A DNA stretch of 64,000 bases from a virus (Duplodnaviria; Caudoviricetes), in IMG/VR virus record IMGVR_UViG_3300010163_000007, positions 69,340-133,339 of that record; one strand, 5' to 3'. Each line of letters starts with the position of its first letter. The first letter of the stretch is position 1. A model generated the notes under the pieces. The model made no database searches. It saw nothing but the letters and a program-made list of their open reading frames with translations, and had not been told where the DNA came from. The translations under genes were made by a program, and so were the position numbers. Shown piece by piece: positions 1-9,832 of the stretch.

Positions 1-3000
1 TAGCATAGCCGCTCGGGCGTTGAATCGAGACGCAATCATCTTGATTAGGAATATATTGCGATACGCAGCCCTTGAGCGACATTAGATTGATATCTTTCTT
101 GTCATAGAAAATATCGACCATTGCAATAATCTCATGAAAATCCTTAAGTTGCAGATATCCGGGGGCTGTTTCAGTGTAATCGGTCAGACGAATATACTTC
201 CCATTTACAAAGAGGAGCATTTTGCCATAGATGAATGTGAAATCGCGTCTGGTAAGATCGATGCACATCCGATATGCGTGCCCACGTTCGCGGTTTGTGG
301 TCTCTGGATTGGAATAATCCATACGGAAACGTCCAATGTTCGAGCTGTATAATATTGCATAATCCGAGGCTTCTACATCCAGCGTTGAGACTACGAAAGA
401 TGTTCCAGTGTATAGTCTCTGCAGCCCAGGATCGAATACATCTTCATGGGTAATAAGCCGTTTATAGAAAATATTGATATCATTCAAGGATAGTTCTCCC
501 GACCGAATCAGATCGGCAACGATACTCAGATAGCGAATACCAAGCGTCCCACGGAAGTTCATGAAAACATCATCAAAGGCAAACGCAGTAATATTGTCGT
601 CATCGAACTCAACCATAATGAGTCTCTCGTTAATACGGAGAATCATGCTGGTTTGATCGGAATATGCGACTATCCCAGATATGTCATCCAGAAATTCATA
701 CCAGATATCATCTTCTTTTAATTTTGATTCGTCGACTACCTTTCCGTAATGAATCGGATGCAGACTCTCATCTATTCTTTCACGGAAGAGTTCGCCAAGG
801 CCTTCTGTTCCTTTATCGTGTGGGTGATAGTCAAATGCAACGGTAGCAAGCGTATCATATCCAGAATCGTCATAATACCCTTCCGGGAGTTTTTCGCCGA
901 TTTCGAAGAGCGTACTAGAGATGACGTCCTTAATGATCTCTCCGAGTACTGCGGCAGGAATATTGATCCATAGATCGCCATTCTGCGGATCATCAGGCTC
1001 ATAATAGCTCATGATACATTTGAAGTTATGCTCCCGTACCGCATACCACTCTGGTAGGGCATATCCACTCTCGGCATCAATAGGATGTTTTTGTAAAAAT
1101 AGTTGATTCTCTTTAGTCCATCTGGGATAGTCTCCGACTATGACGCTATTGATGCTCTCAGGAAGACCTTCTCCTTCTATGGCAAGATCTCCATACTTTG
1201 CATTTTTGATATTGTAGACATGCGCAGCGAGCAGCACTTTATATACAACGAGGTTTAATACACCAGCAGGAGTATGTGTAAGATACTCAATCCACAGATC
1301 CCCTTCATTGGCATCTTCGGGTTCTTGGTCTTGTGTAATCAGCCGGTGTACGATATCTAGTTTTTCGCCGCCCGACATTTGTTTGATCAGATCAAGTGTT
1401 GTATTTTCGGCATTATCTGCATCAATGGTCTGAATTAGCTCTGAGATTTTTGCATCCACCTTTTCGGGGTCATAATTCCCCCGAATAGGCTCTAACGCCA
1501 ATTGGCCTTCCGGAATACCTAATACAGTATCTGGCTTGGTTAATCCTTCCAGCAGATCATCAATTGTAATTTCTTCATCATCCGTAACGCTGGGACTCTC
1601 CAACACATAATCGCCCATATCAGCGTCCAGCGCGTCGGCATTATTCGTGATAGTAATATGATCGGTTTCGGAGTCATACATATCCCCGGTAATTAGCCCA
1701 GGTAAATGTTCTCCATGCGTATCAATCCACAGTCTATTATCATTGCCTTCTGGTTCTTGGGGGCCCATGCTAATTTCATCGATTTCGGTATTCTCTTCTC
1801 CTGGAGGCGGAGTGCCTTCGTCTTTGTTTTTGAAGTACAAATCGCCTGAACTGTGTGGTTCCGTATAGGGGACTTCTGGAAATCCCTCTTCGTATTTCCG
1901 CTTAGTAGCAGTTGGATGAGTTTCGGGATCGTCAATTACGATAGCGTTTGGTTTGTCAATATCGGCCGGATTGCCAACGCTGAACTCGTCAAGTTCTTGA
2001 ACTCGAGGATCGTCTACGCCATCTCCAACCTGCAATGCAAGGTATTCTTTTCGATTTTTGGCAAGTTTGAAGTACGTTATCAGAATATCCTGGTACGAGT
2101 TCGGTCCTTCTTCATTGGGCTCTGCTTCCAGCATATATGCGCCATTGGCCACATCATCCGGTATCTTGTTGGGGTCAAGCCCATATAGGTTAATTTGCTC
2201 AATCGGGTTTGTTTCAAACATTTCAGGAATTGTGTTTGTGAGTAATTCAAACCAGAGATAATCATCCGTTGCATTTGGTTGTACTGTAGCAATTCGGGCA
2301 TAATCTCCACTATCAAGCAATTCGGTCCGGACGATAAGAAGGTTCCGGTAGAACCGATTTAATTTAATGTGAAGTCGGGCGATATTCTCTTCATTTATAT
2401 ATTCGCCAATGTTTATGAAGTTTGTGTCTCGATCGGTATTAAACTTGATTAGCGTAAACTTATCCGGAGAAAGAGACGTGTCGAATAAGTAGGATAGGTT
2501 TCCGGTAGGAGATTCAATTAACTTACTATCAACATATTTGAGCCTACGGATTGTATAGTCACTGAACACCATGCCGTCATAGAAGATAATATCCCGATAC
2601 TCTTCATATGGAACGCTTGCTACGATTGCTTCCTTTTCTTCATTCATAAGATATACAGTCTGCTTAGTGAAGATTGGATGTCCAAACTGAGAGTTGTCGC
2701 AGATAATAAAGTTTGACACTTCGCTTGTATCATGCGGGAATCGTTCCCACATTCTATAGCAATACGCCGCAATCTTCGAGAATTTTTCGACAACCACATC
2801 GTCACCATCTGAAGACAGGATTAACTCATCTACAGGTGCTAGATTATTTAAATATTCGTTGTCTGTGTTGTATGGGTCCACTACATCAAGGAACTCCGGA
2901 TATGCCAGAAGCCTGGATACCTCCGGGAAAAGCAATTGATGATATCGATCGTTATACACTCGAATAATGCAATCTTTATCCACTGAGATACAGGGATAGA

Positions 3001-3697
3001 ATCTTGCATCAATTGGATATGCAGGATCATGATCTATGATAATTCGATGGTAGGAATTATTTGAATATAGTTGATCGAGGTAGATGCCCTTTCCTGCGTC
3101 TGCCTTTAGAACGTTTACCAGGTTTGAGCAAAGGAAGAAGTCGATGTCATGCTGATATGGCGCTGTAAACGTGACGGTATTACCGTTTCGTACTGCATCC
3201 GGAATGTGATATTTATTCTCTGAGATATAATATGCGCAATGCTCGATATTTTGGATGTTGCAATAGGGCGCTTCTGTGAGATCGAGCATGACCGTATGGG
3301 TGAGAGTCTCATCAGAATCAGAAAGTGCGTTGAATCGATATACAATATTGGGATTGTGGTAGCACATTACAGGGATAGTCTCATCGTAGTCTTGATCCAG
3401 TATCGCATAGTCGCGATATGTACCAGTAATCCACTCAAGCATTTTTGGATTCAGATACCGGTCTTCAATCCATAGTTCAAATTTGCTATCATACCGAGGA
3501 TCAATTTCAACGTGTGGATACAGATATCCAATTCGATCAATATCTTTTCGCGTTAAATCCAATCGCACATATACGTCGTCTGCATCACGCATTCGGGTTG
3601 TTCGGATACGATATTCTTCAGTAGATAATAGACCCATCCATGCCAAGGTTCCGTAAAACTCGGATCGCCCTTCTTTGCGAAGAACCACATAGTTCAT
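1..3697 (-). CDS. Large virion structural protein (tail/baseplate/fibre-like), >1230 aa, 3' end outside the window
   Basis: Manual translation from ATG at 3697 (GAAAGGGG upstream) gives MNYVVLRKEGRSEFYGTLAW... with no stop found to the window edge. Acidic, with recurring EPxxxxxGDLWI-type motifs. Absent from the ORF track. Confidence 0.75.
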   Translation of the reverse strand, partial: MNYVVLRKEGRSEFYGTLAWMGLLSTEEYRIRTTRMRDADDVYVRLDLTRKDIDRIGYLYPHVEIDPRYDSKFELWIEDRYLNPKMLEWITGTYRDYAILDQDYDETIPVMCYHNPNIVYRFNALSDSDETLTHTVMLDLTEAPYCNIQNIEHCAYYISENKYHIPDAVRNGNTVTFTAPYQHDIDFFLCSNLVNVLKADAGKGIYLDQLYSNNSYHRIIIDHDPAYPIDARFYPCISVDKDCIIRVYNDRYHQLLFPEVSRLLAYPEFLDVVDPYNTDNEYLNNLAPVDELILSSDGDDVVVEKFSKIAAYCYRMWERFPHDTSEVSNFIICDNSQFGHPIFTKQTVYLMNEEKEAIVASVPYEEYRDIIFYDGMVFSDYTIRRLKYVDSKLIESPTGNLSYLFDTSLSPDKFTLIKFNTDRDTNFINIGEYINEENIARLHIKLNRFYRNLLIVRTELLDSGDYARIATVQPNATDDYLWFELLTNTIPEMFETNPIEQINLYGLDPNKIPDDVANGAYMLEAEPNEEGPNSYQDILITYFKLAKNRKEYLALQVGDGVDDPRVQELDEFSVGNPADIDKPNAIVIDDPETHPTATKRKYEEGFPEVPYTEPHSSGDLYFKNKDEGTPPPGEENTEIDEISMGPQEPEGNDNRLWIDTHGEHLPGLITGDMYDSETDHITITNNADALDADMGDYVLESPSVTDDEEITIDDLLEGLTKPDTVLGIPEGQLALEPIRGNYDPEKVDAKISELIQTIDADNAENTTLDLIKQMSGGEKLDIVHRLITQDQEPEDANEGDLWIEYLTHTPAGVLNLVVYKVLLAAHVYNIKNAKYGDLAIEGEGLPESINSVIVGDYPRWTKENQLFLQKHPIDAESGYALPEWYAVREHNFKCIMSYYEPDDPQNGDLWINIPAAVLGEIIKDVISSTLFEIGEKLPEGYYDDSGYDTLATVAFDYHPHDKGTEGLGELFRERIDESLHPIHYGKVVDESKLKEDDIWYEFLDDISGIVAYSDQTSMILRINERLIMVEFDDDNITAFAFDDVFMNFRGTLGIRYLSIVADLIRSGELSLNDINIFYKRLITHEDVFDPGLQRLYTGTSFVVSTLDVEASDYAILYSSNIGRFRMDYSNPETTNRERGHAYRMCIDLTRRDFTFIYGKMLLFVNGKYIRLTDYTETAPGYLQLKDFHEIIAMVDIFYDKKDINLMSLKGCVSQYIPNQDDCVSIQRPSGYA

Positions 3698-3730
3698 CCC
3701 CTTTCAGGTAAAGTTTAGAAACGAAACTAG

Positions 3731-3759
3731 GGATGGGAGGGAGCAGGCCCCTCCCATCC
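3731..3759. terminator. Intergenic hairpin/terminator
   Basis: GGATGGGAGGG...CCCTCCCATCC inverted repeat. Confidence 0.6.
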
Positions 3760-3766
3760 AGACGTG

Positions 3767-4816
3767 TTAACCAATCAAGGCCTGCAGACGCCGGTACATG
3801 TCAGTTCCACGGCACTTCTCGAGCATTGGCTCTAACGTAATACGGGTAATCAGCGGGGATTCGAGCAGAATCATACAGATTGTATAAAGCTGGAACCCGA
3901 GATAATCCAAACTTAGCGCAGTGGCCGCGCCATAGGATCGAATCCACTTATCATAAATGATATGGGTACTGATACTCTTCAGAGAAGGATAGACGTTTTT
4001 CAGCTCTTGTACAAAGAGCCCAAACTTGTCAAAATGATCTACCTTGAATTGATCATCGATTGCATCGGTTATCATCTTGCTCAGCTTCGGGAAGTAGAGC
4101 TCTTTATATCGGTAGAACATTTTGGTCCCAGCCTCAGTTCCGTACATTTGAATTAGTGCAAATTCGGTGGCGAGGTACTTTATCTTGTCCCGCATAACGG
4201 GATCCATGTGGACTAGACTGTTAATAACCTTTTCCATCATGCTCGCATGGAGGAGAACCATACCATCACCCAAATCAGCCGGAAGAGAACTGGTCAGAGA
4301 AATAATCCGATACGCGGCACATGCCGCAAAAAGTGCGGCCATTAACCCGTTGTAGTTCCGAGCCTGCGATACCTCATATAAGGCATACTGGTTCAGGTCT
4401 ACAAAATGGCTAATATCGACATAGATTCTTGCATAGTGTCCGCTCATCTGCGCGATATACGGCAGACAGGTGGGGAGGCGGAATTGGTCGCTAGCAACCA
4501 TTACAACATCTCCACCGTCTATCAGCTTATACATAGCAGACTTGCAGGAGAGTTTGAATCTCCCACCTTCAAACAGCTCGTATCTAAGGGTCTTATCAAA
4601 CTGTGATAAGGTGATATGATTAAACCCTTGGTCGGGAACAATCATTCGAGGGATAATATCTTCAAGCTTCATCCCGTTCTGTGTAATGTTTTTATTAGCT
4701 AACTGGAATAGTTCAGATTCGCCGAGCCGGTAAAATATCTTACGATCTCCCACACTCTCGTCAAGCACCATCTTAGAACAAGAAGGGAGAAAATCGTTGC
4801 CCATACCCTCGAGCAT
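3767..4816 (-). CDS. Hypothetical protein, probably late/virion
   Basis: 349-aa ORF with AAGGAG RBS, preceded by AACA-TCCC-TATA motif. Confidence 0.7.
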   Translation of the reverse strand: MLEGMGNDFLPSCSKMVLDESVGDRKIFYRLGESELFQLANKNITQNGMKLEDIIPRMIVPDQGFNHITLSQFDKTLRYELFEGGRFKLSCKSAMYKLIDGGDVVMVASDQFRLPTCLPYIAQMSGHYARIYVDISHFVDLNQYALYEVSQARNYNGLMAALFAACAAYRIISLTSSLPADLGDGMVLLHASMMEKVINSLVHMDPVMRDKIKYLATEFALIQMYGTEAGTKMFYRYKELYFPKLSKMITDAIDDQFKVDHFDKFGLFVQELKNVYPSLKSISTHIIYDKWIRSYGAATALSLDYLGFQLYTICMILLESPLITRITLEPMLEKCRGTDMYRRLQALIG

Positions 4817-4858
4817 ATTGTCGATCTCCTTTCATAGTGGGAGTACACCCACTGACGT

Positions 4859-4870
4859 TATAGGGATGTT
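4859..4870 (-). promoter_or_regulatory. Phage late-type promoter (AACA-N4-TATA)
   Basis: AACA-TCCC-TATA on the minus strand; motif recurs before about 17 transcription units. Confidence 0.6.
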
Positions 4871-4969
4871 CGGGCGAGCTATTGTCTCTCTTACATACCT
4901 GTATTTTTAGAAGAGCAGCGCGATATATTTATAATCATTTCAACCTTATAGTCGAGAGAGGGTATAATT

Positions 4970-5686
4970 ATGCCAAAGACAGATAACCATAATAAGGTAT
5001 ATATTAACGCAGAAGGAAACCGCGTTATGCGAGTCAGTGAAGTCATCAAAGTGCTGGCCAAAGACCAGCTTATCACTTGGGCAAACATGCTTGGTCTTAA
5101 GGGTATTTCTCACAAAGATGAGCTCACAAGAACCGCAAATATAGGTTCGCTCTGCCATGACGTATTGGATAAATATTTTGATAAGCACTATTTGGCAGAT
5201 ATCGACTATGATGCGTTCAATGTACTTGACCCCAATGATCAAGAAGAAGCTCTCCATGCAATTGATAGCTTCTTTGAGTGGTACGATAGGATTAAAGATA
5301 AGTATCCATTTCGGGTCAAGTTTACTGAACTCGTGGTAGTAGGGCATGACCTGGGCGGAACAATCGACTGTGGCATTGAAGGATGGAGGGATCCACGTAA
5401 GGTAATTTTTGTAGATTATAAAACCGGCAAGGATTTCTATCTGGCGCAGTTCCTGCAACTGGCCGGATACATTATACCGTATGAGGAGGTGTATGGGAAG
5501 GACACCGTAGAAGGTGTGATGGTATGCAGGCTGGAGAAACGGGAAGGCAAGAAAGCCTCCGCGTGGTTTCTCTCCAGAGATGACATGGATCCATACATTC
5601 TGTGCTTTCAGTGCCTATTCGACACCGCAATGGGAACGAAACTGTTGGGGTCTGCACTGAGAGGACAAGTATTACGTCTAGGGTGA
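4970..5686 (+). CDS. PD-(D/E)XK (RecB/Cas4-like) exonuclease
   Basis: Motifs GSLCH, GGTIDC, FVDYKTG, QLAGY. Confidence 0.8.
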   Translation: MPKTDNHNKVYINAEGNRVMRVSEVIKVLAKDQLITWANMLGLKGISHKDELTRTANIGSLCHDVLDKYFDKHYLADIDYDAFNVLDPNDQEEALHAIDSFFEWYDRIKDKYPFRVKFTELVVVGHDLGGTIDCGIEGWRDPRKVIFVDYKTGKDFYLAQFLQLAGYIIPYEEVYGKDTVEGVMVCRLEKREGKKASAWFLSRDDMDPYILCFQCLFDTAMGTKLLGSALRGQVLRLG

Positions 5687-5687
5687 G

Positions 5688-6344
5688 GTGGATAGTATGA
5701 ATATTCTAGGGACGATCATGATACCGTCGGTTGCTGTTATGCATTCGACTATGACAAACGAATATCGAATTTCTCTAACCAATGTTCCGGTTGAGACGAT
5801 ATTCTATTCTAAAACGGCCGAACCTATTATCCCAAACAAGTCGCGGTTTGTGCTGGCATTCACGGATACAAATACTACAAAATGCGTGACCGTGTCCACG
5901 GTTTATGATTATCGACTCGATATAACGGAGACTACTATATCGCTGTCGATTGGCTATTGCGATCAGCCCGATACAGTTCCTGGGCAGTCTGCGCAAGTGC
6001 AGATTCTGCATCCGGTGATTACAGACTATCTCGCATATCGCACTGTATTGTCTATTCAATTCGCTGTAGCGATACCCAGGGTAAGCCCCGATGCATATGA
6101 TCCGATGGAAAAATGGCTGTTGGCGTATATTAAGAATTCTTATGGGCGGGTTGAAAATGCTGGAATGCAGTATCAACTAATTGAGCCAGGCGAAATCGAC
6201 CCAATCATGCTCATTCAGGGAGGCAACCTATGTGCTGTTCGGGGCTGTTTGGCAACCTATACAAATAAGACCCCGCAGGTTGCCCAAGATATTCATCGAA
6301 TATTCGAAGAATGGAAAACAATGGTGAGAAAATCATATTACTAG
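5688..6344 (+). CDS. Hypothetical protein
   Basis: 218-aa ORF coupled within the operon. Confidence 0.65.
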   Translation: MDSMNILGTIMIPSVAVMHSTMTNEYRISLTNVPVETIFYSKTAEPIIPNKSRFVLAFTDTNTTKCVTVSTVYDYRLDITETTISLSIGYCDQPDTVPGQSAQVQILHPVITDYLAYRTVLSIQFAVAIPRVSPDAYDPMEKWLLAYIKNSYGRVENAGMQYQLIEPGEIDPIMLIQGGNLCAVRGCLATYTNKTPQVAQDIHRIFEEWKTMVRKSYY

Positions 6345-6356
6345 GAGGATAATATA

Positions 6357-7316
6357 ATGGGATATGCTGACTTTCTTTTTGGGCATAACTGTTCGGAGTT
6401 ATTGAAGCACGGCATCTCTGATGAGGGAATGGATGTAAGACCGCACTGGAGCGATGGAACTCCTGCGCACACCCGCAAGATACTGCATGTATGCGACAGG
6501 TACAATTACGCTTTATCCGGGCTGCACTGGAATGCTCTGCCGTGTATGACCATGCGCCGAATCCGGCTCGAGAATGCAATTGACGAGATTCTGTGGATCT
6601 ATCAGAAGAAATCCAACCGTGTGTGTGACCTTAGATCACATATCTGGGATTCGTGGGCAGATGAGTCGGGTACGATCGGCAAGGCGTATGGGTATCAGAT
6701 TGGTCGGATCGCCAGACATCATAAGTACACAGAAGCGGACTGTGCAAGGCTTGCAAAACTCCCCTCTGCTCAAGTAATTGACTCGTGGGTATGGCTGGAT
6801 CAGATAGACTCGGTGATCTACGACCTTAAATATAATCCGAGCAAGCGGAGTATTATGACGGATATGTATGATCCTCAGGATCTGTCTGAGATGGGCCTGG
6901 TGCCATGCGCGTACAACGTGCAGTATTCTGTTACCAAAAGCGACGATGGACTGGTGTTAAACTCCATGCTGCATCAACGGTCTCAGGACGTTCTTACTGC
7001 GAACAACTGGAATGCGGTCCAATATATAGTGCTCTTGCATATGCTTGCCCAAGCATGTGGCATGAAAGCCGGTCAATTTACCCATGTGATCGGCGACTAT
7101 CATGTATATGACCGGCACTTGCCGATTGTCACTAAGATGGTGGAGAACTATTGGAGGCATTCGGATGCATCGAACGCAGCAGACTATCCGCACCCTGATC
7201 CGAAGTTCTGGGTTAACCCGGAGGTAACAGACTTCTACGACTTCAAGGTAGAGGATTTCGCACTGCAGGATTATAGATATGAGCCGTTCGATTATAAGAT
7301 TGAGGTAGCAATATGA
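6357..7316 (+). CDS. thyA: Thymidylate synthase
   Basis: DEILWIY, IWDSWADE, AYGYQ, LVPC, QRSQD, NWN, GDYHVYDRH. Confidence 0.95.
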   Translation: MGYADFLFGHNCSELLKHGISDEGMDVRPHWSDGTPAHTRKILHVCDRYNYALSGLHWNALPCMTMRRIRLENAIDEILWIYQKKSNRVCDLRSHIWDSWADESGTIGKAYGYQIGRIARHHKYTEADCARLAKLPSAQVIDSWVWLDQIDSVIYDLKYNPSKRSIMTDMYDPQDLSEMGLVPCAYNVQYSVTKSDDGLVLNSMLHQRSQDVLTANNWNAVQYIVLLHMLAQACGMKAGQFTHVIGDYHVYDRHLPIVTKMVENYWRHSDASNAADYPHPDPKFWVNPEVTDFYDFKVEDFALQDYRYEPFDYKIEVAI

Positions 7317-8362
7317 GAGCCATCGTATGCGTGGACTCTGATGGTGGTATTGGGAAGAAGGGTAAACTTCTGTTCGACATTCCTGCAGATCTGCAATGGT
7401 TTAAGGAAGTGACAACAGGTGGAACTGTGATAATGGGCCGAAAGACCTATGAGAGTATCGGCCATGCTTTGCCGCATCGGAAAAACATTATAGTCAGTCG
7501 AACGATGAGAGCAGAGGACTTTCCGGATATCGTCATATGCCATGATATTCGGGGCATACGTGAGGTAGCTCCGAGCGATGCGTGGGTAATAGGAGGGGAG
7601 GAGATATACCGAACGCTCATTTCGTATTGTGACACAATCTATGAGCATTTGATAGATGGCCAGTATGGAGCGGACGCCTGGTTCCCAAATCTGAATCCGC
7701 AGGAATGGTGTAGTATATCATATGATCCTTTAACTGTGACAGATCGCAGCGGTACAACGATGTACAAAATGACCATGATCAAACGCTATCGATACAAAAC
7801 AGATAAACGGCAGGATGAGATGGCAGAGATATTGGCAACTTCATATGTACAAGAATCAGCACGTATGGAATCTGAGAGCGCTGGGTCCTGGATGAGTTCT
7901 ATGCTGTGCTCAATCCTGTCTGATAGCTTCATACAGATAGATGCAAAATCCGATAGAACAGACATACTGAATACCGCCGTCTCTGTAATACGATATGGAC
8001 ATGAGACCTGGATGCTGACCGATGCTAAGATATGCGAGCGAGATCCCGCCCATCCTTCCTCTGAGCTTGCGTTCCTACTATACCTGGTATCAATCTACGG
8101 CGACACAAAAGGCCCCCTGGACAGTATTATGCTGAGGGCAGTCAAGATTGTTGCCACAGAACTTGCAGATAACCCGCAGGTTAAGGGAATACTGAATGCT
8201 GCGAATCTCAACGACGCTGATTTATTCCGGGAATTTTTCAATACGTTCGCAGAGCTCGGTACACTTTATCGTGATGCGGCAAGCTATACAGATAGGAAGA
8301 TAGAGAGATATTATCGGTTGATGGAGATATACCATAGGATTACCACATATAACGATAAGTAA
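7313..8362 (+). CDS. folA: Dihydrofolate reductase with ~190-aa C-terminal extension
   Basis: GIGKKGKL, DLQWFK, VIMGRKTYESI, LPHRKNIIVSR, VIGGEEIY, DAWFP; ATGA overlap with thyA. Confidence 0.9.
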   Translation: MRAIVCVDSDGGIGKKGKLLFDIPADLQWFKEVTTGGTVIMGRKTYESIGHALPHRKNIIVSRTMRAEDFPDIVICHDIRGIREVAPSDAWVIGGEEIYRTLISYCDTIYEHLIDGQYGADAWFPNLNPQEWCSISYDPLTVTDRSGTTMYKMTMIKRYRYKTDKRQDEMAEILATSYVQESARMESESAGSWMSSMLCSILSDSFIQIDAKSDRTDILNTAVSVIRYGHETWMLTDAKICERDPAHPSSELAFLLYLVSIYGDTKGPLDSIMLRAVKIVATELADNPQVKGILNAANLNDADLFREFFNTFAELGTLYRDAASYTDRKIERYYRLMEIYHRITTYNDK

Positions 8363-8369
8363 ATCCAGG

Positions 8370-8380
8370 TATATATTATA
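8370..8380 (+). promoter_or_regulatory. Phage early-type promoter TATATATTATA
   Basis: Recurrent intergenic motif (14 copies seen) resembling the phiKZ early TATATTAC. Confidence 0.65.
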
Positions 8381-8453
8381 ACAATGGTAGCGATAGAAGT
8401 CTATAATCAGATTCTATCGCTACCAGCCTAATTTTGAAAGGACGTGAAAAGTT

Positions 8454-9746
8454 ATGCAAGCAATTTCAAGAGGAGAAGTCTATTATGTGGGGAGCCCGTT
8501 TAAATGCAACCCAACAGATCCAAATCAAGTACGGAAAGAGAAAAGGTTGGCCTATCTTGTCGGATCAGTTTCTGCCCGGCCGGTGCTGGTGATACGAGAG
8601 CCGAAAATTTGGGACAGCCTTGGTACGGTGGTGGTGCTACCGGCACTATCACATGAGAAACCAGCGTTTTCAGTTGAAATGTTTGATCGATATTGTCATT
8701 TTAGCATGATATACAAGTTCTGTCCCCATATGCCGCATACCATACCTGTTAGCCGGTTAGGGCGGTACATTGGGCGTTTATCTCCAGTCGAGCTCGAAGA
8801 GGTTACGCAAGCATTTAACTGGATCATGGGCGATGGAACCGGCGAAGACATACCACCCATGTATCGAGAAGTTGTTGCGAATGGTTACAGGCTTTCGCAT
8901 GAAAATAGAACTTCTCCACCGCCATTACCTACTCTGTACGCTACCTGTAATAGTGCTACAAAAACTACCACGATCAGCACAGAGCATGGCACAAAGGATC
9001 CACTAGAGATGACTGTAACGTTTGACATGGATGCTGTGGTTATGCCTAGTGAGCAAGACCTAGCGCTCGAAGATCTTTACGGGAAGAAAAAACCTACTCG
9101 AGTTTGGACGATTTCTGCAGAGGATAACGCCAGGTGGCCGGATTCGACGGTTAGTGAATTCCAACTGAAGAAGTATGCTAATGAGTTCAGCATTCCCGAG
9201 CGTTTCTATGCCACTAATCCAAAATTGACGACAGACATGCTCACAGATGATGAAGAAAACGAGATCAGAGGAGGGGCATTATCGGGGTATGACTATCAAT
9301 GTATTACCGATACGTACAAAAATCTAACCTACTTTGATCAAACATTTCTTGCTCCCCGACTGCCGGCCTTAGCGATAGCAGACGTCTTTCATATACCGTC
9401 CTCATACGTGAATGCTTTTAAGGTTTTGGCGAACATAATGTTGGAGATGGTTAAGTCCGGAGAATACTCCCGCCGGATTGCCGAAGCCGAAAGCCACGTA
9501 GAGACTGTAGATTCCAGTGAGAACGACACTGCTGATAGCCCTGACGGAGACGATTCGATAGTTTTGGATCCCTCATACTATGAAGAATTGCGCCCGTATA
9601 TGAACGAAAAGCAAATCTGCTCTGTCCCAGAAAAACTGCAGACCCTATTTGTGCAGGCACCGACGTGGATACTCAAGGCAATGTACACTGGCAAATCATT
9701 CAAGTACAGATACGGTGAAGCAATGTCACGTTACGCCAACAAATGA
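8454..9746 (+). CDS. PemK/MazF-like N-terminal domain protein with long C-terminal region
   Basis: ISRGEVYYV...ARPVLVI...VVVLP...SRLGRYIGRLS..ELEEV matches the PemK fold pattern. Confidence 0.65.
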   Translation: MQAISRGEVYYVGSPFKCNPTDPNQVRKEKRLAYLVGSVSARPVLVIREPKIWDSLGTVVVLPALSHEKPAFSVEMFDRYCHFSMIYKFCPHMPHTIPVSRLGRYIGRLSPVELEEVTQAFNWIMGDGTGEDIPPMYREVVANGYRLSHENRTSPPPLPTLYATCNSATKTTTISTEHGTKDPLEMTVTFDMDAVVMPSEQDLALEDLYGKKKPTRVWTISAEDNARWPDSTVSEFQLKKYANEFSIPERFYATNPKLTTDMLTDDEENEIRGGALSGYDYQCITDTYKNLTYFDQTFLAPRLPALAIADVFHIPSSYVNAFKVLANIMLEMVKSGEYSRRIAEAESHVETVDSSENDTADSPDGDDSIVLDPSYYEELRPYMNEKQICSVPEKLQTLFVQAPTWILKAMYTGKSFKYRYGEAMSRYANK

Positions 9747-9750
9747 TTAG

Positions 9751-9790
9751 AAATAACGGCGGAGAGGGAAACTTCTCCGCCGTTATTTTT
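9751..9790 (+). terminator. Intrinsic terminator
   Basis: AAATAACGGCGGAGA...TCTCCGCCGTTATTT plus T-tract. Confidence 0.8.
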
Positions 9791-9832
9791 TCTTTTATTT
9801 CTGGTAAGACATGCGTATTGAGGTGAGGGCAA

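Noticed and set aside
134-3475. Short ORFs in the track across 1-3.5 kb
   Set aside because: All overlap the single long minus-strand frame starting at 3697.
4970-5686. Cas4-like nuclease suggesting a CRISPR system
   Set aside because: No repeat-spacer array or other cas genes seen, and it lacks the four Fe-S cysteines; a solo PD-(D/E)XK nuclease is common in phages.
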